Assembly: GCF_001194135.2 (NCBI RefSeq)
Contig: NC_068985.1
Span: 115,586,712-115,621,403 of the forward strand
Origin: Octopus bimaculoides
Lineage: Eukaryota
DNA length: 34,692 bases
Direction: 5' to 3'
The position numbers and the translations under genes were made by a program. The notes under the pieces are model-generated. The model ran no database searches. It was not told the origin of the DNA and saw nothing but the letters and a program-made list of their open reading frames with translations. Positions 23,057 through 33,649 of the stretch are shown piece by piece. The first letter of the stretch is position 1, and every line of letters begins with the position of its first letter.

Positions 23057-23433
23057 TACGTGGGAGCGTTTTTTTGTGTGGGGACATAATGGCTGTCTAG
23101 TGCGTTGACTTGAATCGCGTGTGAATGTGAGTACGTGCATGGAAAAAGACACGGCTGGAAAATTATTACAACCAAAAATCTTTCTAAATATCAAATCCCG
23201 CTTGAAAAGAACAAGATTTCAAGACGTTGAAGAAATCCAAAAGAATACAACGCGGCATCCCCTCGCTGTCTCCTGATAAATAGTTGAAAGAATGCTTCCA
23301 TCGATGGAAGCCAGATTGGATAAAGTGTGTCGCTTCAGAATTGTAGTACTTCGAAGTAGATGAAGTGCTGATATGATATATGCTGTTTTCTTTTTATAGT
23401 GCCTCTCACGGTCCTTTCGAATGAGACCTCGTA
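23057..23433 (+). mobile_element. Mariner deletion derivative (transposase C-terminus plus right TIR)
   Basis: 23195-23365 reads KSRLKRTRFQDVEEIQKN..ECFHRWKPDWIKCVASEL*YFEVD. The right end GAATGAGACCTCGTA is the reverse complement of a TACGAGG-type TIR. The left boundary (TACGTGGG at 23057) is uncertain. Confidence 0.75.
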
Positions 23434-24238
23434 GATAGATAGACAGACAGACAGAAAAATAAATAGATAAATGGACAGATGCATATATATTTATATATAT
23501 ATATATATATATCGCCTATCCAGTTCGAGCTTCACACCGTTCAATACACACACACTTCTCCACGTCTGGCTGTACAGCCTTTTTGTTTGTTTTTTTCATC
23601 GTTTTGTTTTCTTGTCTTGTTTTCCATCCACCGCTATCCTCAACGAAAAAAAAAATTAATATGTGTTCGTGGGAAGAACGATTTAAACGATGCCTCCTGC
23701 ACTAACTCTTGGAAACGCCGGTGTTTTAATGGTGGCAGCTGATGAAGGATATGTTCTCTATGTGGCCTGCTTGTTTGTTGTACCTTGTTTATCATTTTGT
23801 CCATGTTCTTTTGCAACGCCATGTACCCAGATATGTATCTATATGTACATGTAGATGAAAGTATATACATACATGTACATATATTGNNNNNNNNNNNNNN
23901 NNNNNNNNNNNNNNNNNNNNNNNNNNNNNNNNNNNNNNNNNNNNNNNNNNNNNNNNNNNNNNNNNNNNNNNNNNNNNNNNNNNNNNNNNNNNNNNNNNNN
24001 NNNNNNNNNNNNNNNNNNNNNNNNNNNNNNNNNNNNNNNNNNNNNNNNNNNNNNNNNNNNNNNNNNNNNNNNNNNNNNNNNNNNNNNNNNNNNNNNNNNN
24101 NNNNNNNNNNNNNNNNNNNNNNNNNNNNNNNNNNNNNNNNNNNNNNNNNNNNNNNNNNNNNNNNNNNNNNNNNNNNNNNNNNNNNNNNNNNNNNNNNNNN
24201 NNNNNNNNNNNNNNNNNNNNNNNNNNNNNNNNNGTGTG

Positions 24239-24583
24239 TGTAACATGGTATAATTTTAAACAGGGCAAACTTTAGCCATTTCTCCGCAGACTGAAAAAAA
24301 GGAAAGACGACAGATATCCTTAATTGATTTTTATAGCGTTATTGCATTCTCATCATAAGCGTCTACATCATTCAGGCAGTTTCGAAAGAAACGAGTAGCC
24401 TCACTGTCTCTATACTCAACAAATGCACCAGTTAGTCTACGAAGGAGTCCCTAATTTGCATACCGAAAGTGTTTAACACTACAAACACCAGTGGCCCGTC
24501 AACGAGGACCTTAGTGAACACAGTATCAAGGTACGGTATAATAAATATGTAACATGGCATAATTATAAACAGGGCAAATTTTA
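24239..24583. repeat. Pair of 36-bp direct repeats (33/36 identical), 309 bp apart
   Basis: TGTAACATGGTATAATTTTAAACAGGGCAAACTTTA at 24239 and TGTAACATGGCATAATTATAAACAGGGCAAATTTTA at 24548. Confidence 0.9.
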
Positions 24584-25133
24584 TATATATATATATATAA
24601 TTTTAGTTACTTGCGCTTGTATATGTAACTACTTCTTTTTTATCCAGACACAGAATTTTAGTCATCAGTATTAAGTCATCACCTAAGTAGTCATGCGCAT
24701 ATGTACATAGTCATGATTACAAATATATGTACATATACCTACGTGTCATTGAGTGTATTTGAACTAACGTTCATGTAGACGCGCATACGTTTGTATGTGT
24801 TCTACTGAGTATGTATACATAATATTATACACATTCTTTAAACGTATCGCATATTTGTGCAGTCTCTCTAATGGCTTGTAATTCTAACTTTGTAATTAGT
24901 TGTACGGCTGCGTGAAGTCAAACTTCTCACGATTGCAGACAGTTATATAACAAAGTGGTTTAATAATTGCAGGTATAAAACCAACACTCCAGTCAGTGTC
25001 TTGTATCCACCTGTAGAATACTCATTAGTTCATCGTTGACGATTTTATTGTTTTATGTTTGCCGTTAATTTATTGTCCTTTGGACTGTGCATCTCTAGTA
25101 CAGTGCGCGCTTATACGTACGAATATATATATA

Positions 25134-25147
25134 AGATCGGAAGAGCG
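25134..25147 (+). other. Illumina adapter remnant at a contig end (assembly artefact)
   Basis: AGATCGGAAGAGCG, an exact match to the adapter start, immediately before the N-run at 25148. Confidence 0.93.
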
Positions 25148-25724
25148 NNNNNNNNNNNNNNNNNNNNNNNNNNNNNNNNNNNNNNNNNNNNNNNNNNNNN
25201 NNNNNNNNNNNNNNNNNNNNNNNNNNNNNNNNNNNNNNNNNNNNNNNNNNNNNNNNNNNNNNNNNNNNNNNNNNNNNNNNNNNNNNNNNNNNNNNNNNNN
25301 NNNNNNNNNNNNNNNNNNNNNNNNNNNNNNNNNNNNNNNNNNNNNNNNNNNNNNNNNNNNNNNNNNNNNNNNNNNNNNNNNNNNNNNNNNNNNNNNNNNN
25401 NNNNNNNNNNNNNNNNNNNNNNNNNNNNNNNNNNNNNNNNNNNNNNNNNNNNNNNNNNNNNNNNNNNNNNNNNNNNNNNNNNNNNNNNNNNNNNNNNNNN
25501 NNNNNNNNNNNNNNNNNNNNNNNNNNNNNNNNNNNNTATATATATATATATATATATGAATGTGCGTGCGTGTTTCTATGTGCTAATGCATATAGTTATA
25601 TGCGACTGTATATTTATGTTTATGTATGTGTCTGTATGTACATATGTATGCATATGTGTGTGTAGGTACATACGAAGTTATCTACGCAAGTGCGTATTTA
25701 CATATATCTGCTTATAAATAGCTG

Positions 25725-25804
<80 letters not shown>

Positions 25805-26320
25805 GTGCGCGTGAATGTGTGTATGTATATGTATTTTTGCAAGAACGCGTCTGGCGTGACTTTCTTTTGTAATTCTTTGATTATTTTCTTGAAAGGAAGC
25901 GGTTTCTAATTATAAAACGAATATCCGTCATTGCAATTAAAACAGCAAAATCATTAAAGATTTACACTGAATTTTAAACAAATCTTGTATATTTTACTGT
26001 TTCCTTTATAGTCTGATGTAATACAATGCGTTTAATATCGTGGCTTCCTTTGAAGCGCCCCTCTAAAAGAGGAAGTTTTCTTTGGTCTTAACCATTTATA
26101 TCAAGCTTGTAGCGATTGTATTTAATGAAATTGCTGATGTTTTAATGTATTTATGTATTTCGTTTTTATATAGACCTCTATGTAAGGAATCTAATGCTTG
26201 CTGATATTCTTTTATATTAGGATGGAAAAGAAGTCCTTTACCATTTCAAGATAGGAGAAAAACAAATGATTCGTTGGTTTTAATTTATTTATTTCATCAA
26301 AATAATATTTACTTTCATAT

Positions 26321-26425
26321 TAGGGCAGCGAGCCCGCAGAATTTGAAATCAGAACGCAAAGACGGACGAAATACCGCTAAGAATTTTGCCCGGCATCATA
26401 CCGATTCTGCTATCAAGCCGCCTTA
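26321..26425. mobile_element. Inverted fusion of two SINE-B heads
   Basis: A plus-strand head TAGGGCAGCGAGCCCGCAGAAT joins at GAAT to a minus-strand head region ending ATTCTGCTATCAAGCCGCCTTA. Confidence 0.65.
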
Positions 26426-26473
26426 ATAAGAAATAATAATTACATTAATCATTCTTTCTTATATTGGCTGAAA

Positions 26474-26691
26474 TCTAAGGTGATGGGGCTGGCAGAATCG
26501 TTACCACGACGCATAAATACATCGCGGCATTCCATCCGTCTACACGTTCTGAATTCAAATTCCGCTGAGGTCAACATTGCCTTTCATCTTCGCGAACTCG
26601 ATAAGATAAGTACCAGGTGAATACTGGGTGGATATAACCGACTATCCCCATTCCACCGAAATAGCTGGTCTCATGCCAAAATTTGAAACCA
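26474..26691 (+). mobile_element. SINE family B, tail type 2, flanked by 13-bp direct repeats (probable TSD)
   Basis: ATATTGGCTGAAA at 26461-26473 and 26692-26704. The body is homologous to the copy at 21623, and the tail is GCTGGTCTCATGCCAAAATTTGAAACCA. Confidence 0.88.
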
Positions 26692-26704
26692 ATATTGGCT
26701 GAAA

Positions 26705-27200
26705 GCCAGCAAGTTTCAAGAATAGATCAAGTCGATTACATGGACTTCGATATTTCATTCGGAATCTAGAGAGAGTGAAGAGATGCTGCTAACCATTTAC
26801 GATTCTGCCACGATTCTGCAGTTACAATTCTGCGACCTGACCACCTTCATGATGCTATGATGATAATAATAAAATAATATTCTATAAGCACAAGAGCTAG
26901 AACTTTTGGAGGAAAGAGCTAAGGGCTGCTTGAAATTATTTTCGGTTTAAAATGTACAATTTGAAAATTAGCAGATAACGATAGAATCAAAGAAACGGAG
27001 CTTAAAACTTAAATACACTAATATTGAGGAAGACAGAAAAACAAGGGCTAGAACATTTGGAGGAAAGAAACATAATCGACCTCAGAGCTCAACTGGTAGA
27101 TATTTCGCGAACTTCGAAAGCATGAAATCAAAGTAGATCTCAACGGAACTCTGATCGTAAATTCTGGAGAAATGATGCTAAGAATTTTTCCCGGCGTGGG
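26705..27200 (-). mobile_element. Stack of degenerate SINE-B fragments
   Basis: AAGTCGATTACAT..CGATTCTGCCA (26730-26830), a tail-only piece at 26890-26917, and a near-complete decayed copy at 27041-27200 with the same tail ACAAG(A/G)GCTAGAAC(T/A)TTTGGAGGAAAGA. Confidence 0.65.
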
Positions 27201-27214
27201 CGTGGTAGCTATCA

Positions 27215-27425
27215 TTTCATATTTTGGTATACGGCCAGCAGCTTTGGAGGAGGGTGCTAATTGGTTGTATTGACCCCAATGCTGAACTAGTACTTGTTTT
27301 ATTGACACCGAAGGGATAAAAAACAACGCCCAGTTCGGCGGAATTTGAACTCAGAACACGAAATTAAACGAAATGCCGCTAAGCACTTTTCCCAGTGTGC
27401 AAACGATTCTGCCACTTCCACGCTT
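27215..27425 (-). mobile_element. SINE family B, full length, tail type 2
   Basis: TTTCATATTTTGG..GGCCAGCAG..TTCGGCGGAATTTGAACTCAGAAC..GCCGCTAAGCA..AACGATTCTGCCA. Confidence 0.88.
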
Positions 27426-27449
27426 TGATTATGCTCTTTTATTCTTAAA

Positions 27450-27785
27450 TTCTTTTACTTGTTCCAGCCATTTGAATGTGGCATTGCTGGAGCACCGCCT
27501 TGAAGGTTTAAAACCCTTCAAGTAAAAAAAAATCAACCACAGGACATTTTTTTTCATGCCTAGTACTTATTCTATCGCTAAGTTGTGGGGACGTAAACGT
27601 ACTAACATAGGTTGTCAAGTGAAGGTGGTGGTGTGTGTGTGGGGAGGCCAACACAGTCACAAAGATGAATACACATAAATATATACATATATACAACGCG
27701 CTTATTAGTAGAAGACACCTACCAAGCTGAACCTGGTACCATGTGGTTGTGAAGGAAGCTTCTTACCACAGAGCCACGCCTGCGC
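27450..27785 (-). mobile_element. SINE family A, both halves, internal deletion in the 5' half
   Basis: 3' half GCTGGAGCACCGCCTT..CTAGTACTTATTCTATCG..GGGGACGTAAAC..GGTTGTCAAG and 5' half GAAGACAC..CTGAACC..AAGCTTCTTACCACAGAGCCACGCC. Confidence 0.88.
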
Positions 27786-27803
27786 ATATCCACACAGCCA
27801 CGC

Positions 27804-27851
<48 letters not shown>
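27804..27851. repeat. Perfect 48-bp palindrome (AAT)8(ATT)8
   Basis: Directly visible, with no spacer at the centre (27827/27828). Confidence 0.92.
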
Positions 27852-27852
<1 letters not shown>

Positions 27853-28813
27853 TCATCATTATTATTATTATTATTGTATATATTGTCATTAATAACTGGC
27901 TTAACCATAATAATATTTGTAACAACTACTTGGGAAGTAAAGAGAATGTTCTAATAAATCTGTTTTGTGTATGTAAATATTCTGTCCTTTCAGATATGAT
28001 TGTATGTCACACATATATGTGTGTGTATGTGTATGTGTACGTGGGTATGTTTTGGTGCATGCATGCATGATAAATCTCTTATTAGCCTTACAATACAAGA
28101 AGCAATCAAAGCTGGGTTTAGCACACAATTATTGACACCTAGTTATCGGCTTTCTGAGGAGCTTGCGTACGATTAGACTGTTCAAGTTCATCCTATTGGT
28201 TTATGAGAAACAGTGCTGACCCTAAATTATGTTTTGTTAAATTGGCAATCTTTAAAACCAAGCAGCATATAATTGACCAATGAAGAGAATCAATCGACCA
28301 TCAAAGAACTGACCCTTTACGCACAAACACACACATGCGCAAATACACAAACACATGCACAGTTACACACAAACATCATACCCACGTATACAAACATTCA
28401 AACACACGCAAACACACAATCACTCATTCTTAACATTTCTGCCGTAAATTCTCCCCATTCTCAACCGTCACACTTTCACTAATTTTATCTTTGGAATTCT
28501 TTCTGTCTTTCTTTATTCATTTATTTATTTCATTCTTTCTTTCTCTTACGGCATTTCCTTGATTTTCTCATTTCTTTCTCCCACCCTACACATTTAATAT
28601 AATGCCACAATTTTGGCCCCACTATCATTGATTAGACCGTTTGGAGTTTTAAACGCTACAACTGCCCACCATTCTAGAAAAGTTTGCACCACCAATCACA
28701 CCCAACATTTGAGCACGACACATATACGTAGACATATAAAAACACATATACACAGATGTACGCGCACATACCCACACACATACAAAGACACAAACAAATA
28801 CACACGTACACAA

Positions 28814-28867
<54 letters not shown>

Positions 28868-29739
28868 CGTGGGGGGGAGAGAGTGTGTGTGTGTGTGTAT
28901 AAATGAATACGGTCGTTATGTTACATGCAGTTGCCTCCACAAGACGCCTTTGTATCACANNNNNNNNNNNNNNNNNNNNNNNNNNNNNNNNNNNNNNNNN
29001 NNNNNNNNNNNNNNNNNNNNNNNNNNNNNNNNNNNNNNNNNNNNNNNNNNNNNNNNNNNNNNNNNNNNNNNNNNNNNNNNNNNNNNNNNNNNNNNNNNNN
29101 NNNNNNNNNNNNNNNNNNNNNNNNNNNNNNNNNNNNNNNNNNNNNNNNNNNNNNNNNNNNNNNNNNNNNNNNNNNNNNNNNNNNNNNNNNNNNNNNNNNN
29201 NNNNNNNNNNNNNNNNNNNNNNNNNNNNNNNNNNNNNNNNNNNNNNNNNNNNNNNNNNNNNNNNNNNNNNNNNNNNNNNNNNNNNNNNNNNNNNNNNNNN
29301 NNNNNNNNNNNNNNNNNNNNNNNNNNNNNNNNNNNNNNNNNNNNNNNNNNNNNNNNNNNNNNNNNNNNNNNNNNNNNNNNNNNNNNNNNNNNNNNNNNNN
29401 NNNNNNNNNNNNNNNNNNNNNNNNNNNNNNNNNNNNNNNNNNNNNNNNNNNNNNNNNNNNNNNNNNNNNNNNNNNNNNNNNNNNNNNNNNNNNNNNNNNN
29501 NNNNNNNNNNNNNNNNNNNNNNNNNNNNNNNNNNNNNNNNNNNNNNNNNNNNNNNNNNNNNNNNNNNNNNNNNNNNNNNNNNNNNNNNNNNNNNNNNNNN
29601 NNNNNNNNNNNNNNNNNNNNNNNNNNNNNNNNNNNNNNNNNNNNNNNNNNNNNNNNNNNNNNNNNNNNNNNNNNNNNNNNNNNNNNNNNNNNNNNNNNNN
29701 NNNNNNNNNNNNNNNNNNNNNNNNNNNNNNNNNNNNNNN

Positions 29740-30646
29740 TGGGTCATCCCATAAATAACGCGATTTTTCTATACTTCTTTTATTTTTCGAAATCAAGAAA
29801 AGCAAAATTCTTTCTTGATCTAAAATATACTCTCCTTCATTTTTTACAATGCCCTCCCATCTATCAGGTAGACTTGCAAAGCCTCTCTTCCAAAATTCAC
29901 TCGTCCGTGACGAAAAATACTCTTCCACTACCGTTCTGACCTCGTCTACAGAATACGTACTTTCTCCGTCCAAATGATTTTGAGGACTGCGGAATAAAGG
30001 ATAATCAGATGAGGCAATGTCCAGCGAATATAGTGGGACATCGTTTCCCATTCACACTGCTCCAGCCTTTGGAATGTCATCGTCACTGTATGTGGCCGAG
30101 CATTATCCTGATGGAAGAAAACATTTCGTCTTGAAACCAAAGATGATCGTTTTCCTTCTAGCACTGACTTGAGTGACTGGTTGAATAACCAAATACAAGC
30201 TTCTCTGCTAGTTCCTGAACAGTTACGATGGGATTTTTTCCAACAGGGTTTGCAGGACGCCTTCGTCGAGCTCTACAGAACCTCCAGGACAAGCCTCATC
30301 TTCTAGGCTGTAGTTTTCGGCTAGGAATTTCTAGAAGTACCGTTGACACTGGCATACACTTATTGTCCGATCCCCATATATTGTATTAATAGTCTTCATA
30401 CTTTTCGTTGCGTTGTTGCCATTATTGAACTCATAAAGCAAAATATGCCGAATATGCTCCTTGTTTACTTCCATTATAGCTTTGAAAAAATAACTGTAAA
30501 AATCAACCGCGCTCTTCAAGACTTGCACAAAGAATAATTATAAGGTAAAGTTACAACCTGCTTTTATAGTCGATTATCCCGTTCGCCTCTGACTTTTAGT
30601 TCATGCAATTGAAAAGACTGCGTTATTTATGGGATGCCCCAGTGCA
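29740..30646 (-). mobile_element. Mariner DNA transposon (second family), internally deleted, transposase pseudogene
   Basis: TIRs TGGGTCATCCCATAAATAACGCG (29740) and TGGGGCATCCCATAAATAACGCA (reverse complement, ~30620-30642). The ATG at 30474 starts MEVNKEHIRHILLYEFNNGNNAT, followed by SLED..PG..VELD, FHQDNARPHT, YSLDIASSDYPLFRS (YSPDIAPSDY) and WEGIVKNEGEYILD. The deletion junction is near 30170. The left end abuts a gap. Confidence 0.95.
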
Positions 30647-30669
30647 TATGTTTTTGCGTGTGTGTGCGT

Positions 30670-30860
30670 TTCAGTGTCTCTGTTTGTCCTCCCTCCATGC
30701 AACTTGACAACTGGTGTTGGTTTATTTACGTCTCTGTAACTTAAAGGCTCTGCAAAGAGCTACCAGACTTACAAAATAAGAACGGGGGTAGATTTGATCG
30801 ACTGAAACCTTTCAGTCGGTGCTACAACATGGCCACTGTCGAATGACTAAAACAAGTCAG
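30670..30860 (+). mobile_element. SINE family A, 3' half
   Basis: GTTTGTCCTCCC..TTGACAACTGGTGTTGGTTTATTTACGTCTCTGTAACTTA..CATGGCCAC..GAATGACTAAAACAAGT. Confidence 0.85.
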
Positions 30861-30889
30861 TTGATACAGTTTGGAGAGACAGATATAAT

Positions 30890-31240
30890 CATTTAAGATC
30901 TCACTCCCAATGCATTAACTTGTATGTATTTTATCGACCCAGGAAGGTTGAAATACAAAGAGGGCCTAGGTGAAATTTAGACTCAGAACGTATTGGTCCG
31001 TAACTAAACACCATTATATATCATGTCCAGTGCTCTACTAATTTTTCTTCAGTCCAATATTGATTACAGCAATAATAATATCGATTTGTCACCACCTCCA
31101 GTCCATAACTGGTTCTTATAGTATCAAAAATGAAAGGATGAATGTCAAAGTTAACTTGAACGGAATTTGAGCGTTGATCATAACGCGCCAGAAGATATGT
31201 CGCCAATCTTTTGTTAGCCAGTCAGCTAGCTCGTCACCTT
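30890..31240 (-). mobile_element. Two tandem degenerate SINE-B copies
   Basis: TTTTATCGACCC..GAAATTTAGACTCAGAACG (30930-30990) and TGAAAGGATGAATGTCAAAGTTAAC..CGGAATTTGA..GCTAGCTCGTCACC (31130-31240). Confidence 0.65.
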
Positions 31241-31249
31241 TTGTATAAC

Positions 31250-31800
31250 GATAAGCCAATGAGGAAGTGACTACAAAATCGAATGATCTGCTAATAATAG
31301 TAAATAATATCTAGTGATACAATAAAGTCACGTTATTCAATGTTGTCCTAAGTTTCCTTACACATAGCATAACATTTTACCGTTCCCCACCATACTAAGA
31401 AGCCACAATAACTAGGAGCCAGTGAAGAAGCCTCTATATGGTTGAACGTTTTGCTAGTAAAAGTAAATCATATATCCCAACAAAAAAAAAATCATATGTT
31501 ACTTTATGTAGATTGTTTCTTTATACAGCATTACGAAACCTTGTTGCCCACAATAACTACGTGTCAGTGTGGAAACCACTATGTGGTTGAATGATCTGTT
31601 AGTAATAGCAACTAATAGACAGCACTTTGCATTATCGTGTTCTTAGTTTCCTTTCACATAGCATAAGGAACACACGTTGCCTGCTACTAACCATAGCTAT
31701 GAGCCAATGAGGAGAACACTATGTGATCGAACGATTTGCTTGTAATAGTAAATTACATCTACTGTCACAGAAACGAACATGTTATTTCATGGCATTCACG
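31250..31800. repeat. Degenerate tandem repeat, about 4 units of 140-163 bp
   Basis: Anchors AGCCARTGAGGA..CACTATGTGRTYGAAYGATYTGCTAGTAATAGTAAAT recur at ~31254, 31417, 31562 and 31702. GTTTC(C)TT..CA(TA)GCAT recurs in the first three units. Confidence 0.85.
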
Positions 31801-31807
31801 AGGTACT

Positions 31808-32010
31808 TAGCTGGGAGAATCGTTACCATGACGGACAAATACTTAGCGGTATTTCTCCCAGCATTTCGTTCTGAGTTCAAAAACCGATGAGATCGATTAT
31901 TTTTTTGTCTTTCAATATTTTGGGATCGATAAAATAACTATCAGTTAAGTAGTGAGGTTTGATGTAACTGTCAGTCCTTCTCCCACACTACCAGGGTCAG
32001 TGCTTTATGG
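31808..32010 (+). mobile_element. SINE family B, diverged
   Basis: AGCTGGGAGAATCGTTACC..CTTAGCGGTATTT..CGTTCTGAGTTCAAA..GGGATCGATAAAATAACTATCAG. Confidence 0.82.
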
Positions 32011-32799
32011 AAGAAAGCGTTATTTAAAATTCTGGTATGGGTTCGCTGCACAAAACATAGGTAAAAGGCGGGATGGTCACGGCTAGAAAGCTCTCGTTTA
32101 TATGTCCTCTCGATCAAGGCTTGGGCGGGGGGGGGGTGATAAACAACAACAACAACAACAACGGCGACATCAACCAACACCGCCTATCTCCGTTACTAAA
32201 CGTTCATCGTCTCAGGATATTTTCTTCTCTCTTTCCCCAGGAGCAAATTAATAACAGTAATTGAAAAGTGAGAATATTCTTTTATACATGTTAGATAAAT
32301 GTCTGCTTGGTTTGTTCAATAATGATAATTTTCAGCGGGGAGATAACTAGAAATAAAGATAAGAGAAAAGAAGAACAAGGAAATACTATCTCAGCGTCGT
32401 TTTATTGAAATTGATAGGCATCGGTCAATTGTCGTTGAATCTCATCAATTTGATAATACGCAAATGTTGAGAGGAAAGTGTTAGGTATGGTTGGCGGTGA
32501 TGACGGTGGTGGTGGCGGTGGTGGTGTGTTGGGTGATGTATGAATGCGTATATGTAAACGGGACCCGTGTGTGCGTGTATGTATGTCAGTGTATGTTTGA
32601 TATGGAGCGTTTTGGAGTGTGGGAGCGGGCGTTAGCGGGGCGTGGGTTGGGAATGTGGAATAAACGGGTATTAAGATATTAAGTCTGTTATATTGAATTA
32701 CACCGCATGGACGAAAATAGGTGGCAATCATTATAATGATGCGACTACAATTCCTCCACCTTCTGCTGCTCCGCCACCACCACATTCTCCTCCGCTTCT

Positions 32800-32825
32800 T
32801 ACTACTACTACTGATGATGATGATG

Positions 32826-32884
<59 letters not shown>

Positions 32885-32972
32885 CACACCACCAATAATA
32901 TCATCATCATCATCGTCATCAACAACAAAAATGATGATGATGATGACGGTAACGATAATTATGATGATGATG

Positions 32973-33004
<32 letters not shown>

Positions 33005-33045
33005 GATGATGATGATGACGACGAGGACGACGATGAAACAATAAA
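32800..33045. repeat. Compound trinucleotide microsatellite (ACT/GAT/AAT/CAT/AAC/GAC)
   Basis: Directly visible. It explains the poly-D/N, poly-M/I and poly-H ORFs. Confidence 0.95.
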
Positions 33046-33649
33046 CTACGGCAGAAACAACAAGCGATAAACGAGAATGGTAAATGCACGCGAAATTTCG
33101 CTGCACCGTAATTGGATGCAATTGTTACGGACACGGTGCGTTGGTCAAGAAACGAGGCTTTCCATCAGGAGAAGAAGAAGAAAAAAAGAAACACCCAGAC
33201 GCCCACCATGTTCTTGCACACATTCATATTGGTATTGGTATGGCGTAGTGAGTGCTGAGTGGTACGTGGAGTGGAATGGTGCGGTGGTGGTATTGGGGCT
33301 ATTGTTCATGTCGTCAGTAATAGAGACGGTGGTTTAAGTTAAGAACTTTTGTGTATTGGGGACTAAGAACAAAAGTTCTTTAAAATGACATACAAAGCCG
33401 TGAGCCATTTGAGAAGATTATAGTACAGTAGATAATATAAAAAGTTTTATAGAGAATCTACAGACATATAATAATCAGTTAGTGTTTTAGGCATGTGTTA
33501 GAAGTAACTCATTCCGTTAGATTCATTAGCACTCGTCTGCAGTTCTATTGAAGATAATACAGGACTGTGTGCTATACGGAGGGGTGGGGGGAAACGAAGG
33601 AAAAATCCTGGTTCGAATGATGTCTTCACCGCTACATTTTATATTCTAT

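Larger units (their letters stand above)
2482..29739. other. 13 assembly gaps, about 5.2 kb in total
   Basis: N-runs at 2482-2660, 6489-6908, 7779-8193, 9393-9543, 11140-11861, 12546-13132, 17713-17733, 19794-19803, 20619-21552, 22416-22618, 23887-24233, 25148-25535 and 28960-29739. Most are flanked by (TA)n or (CA)n runs. Confidence 0.99.

Noticed and set aside
23705-23755. GAAAC followed by an exact CTGATGA (type-II hammerhead order)
   Set aside because: Stem I cannot form and stem II is mismatched at its base. It may be part of a repeat, but the ribozyme topology is unsupported.
31250-31800. CRISPR-like repeat-spacer array
   Set aside because: The context is eukaryotic, the whole unit is homologous (no unique spacers) and there are no cas genes.
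32402-33121. 239-aa minus-strand ORF and the overlapping 125-aa plus-strand ORF
   Set aside because: They stay open because they run through stop-free trinucleotide repeats. No domain, splice signal or codon support.
33100-33140. Small hairpin CCGTAATTG/CAATTGTTACGG as a possible Helitron 3' end
   Set aside because: The stem is bulged and there is no downstream CTRR terminus.
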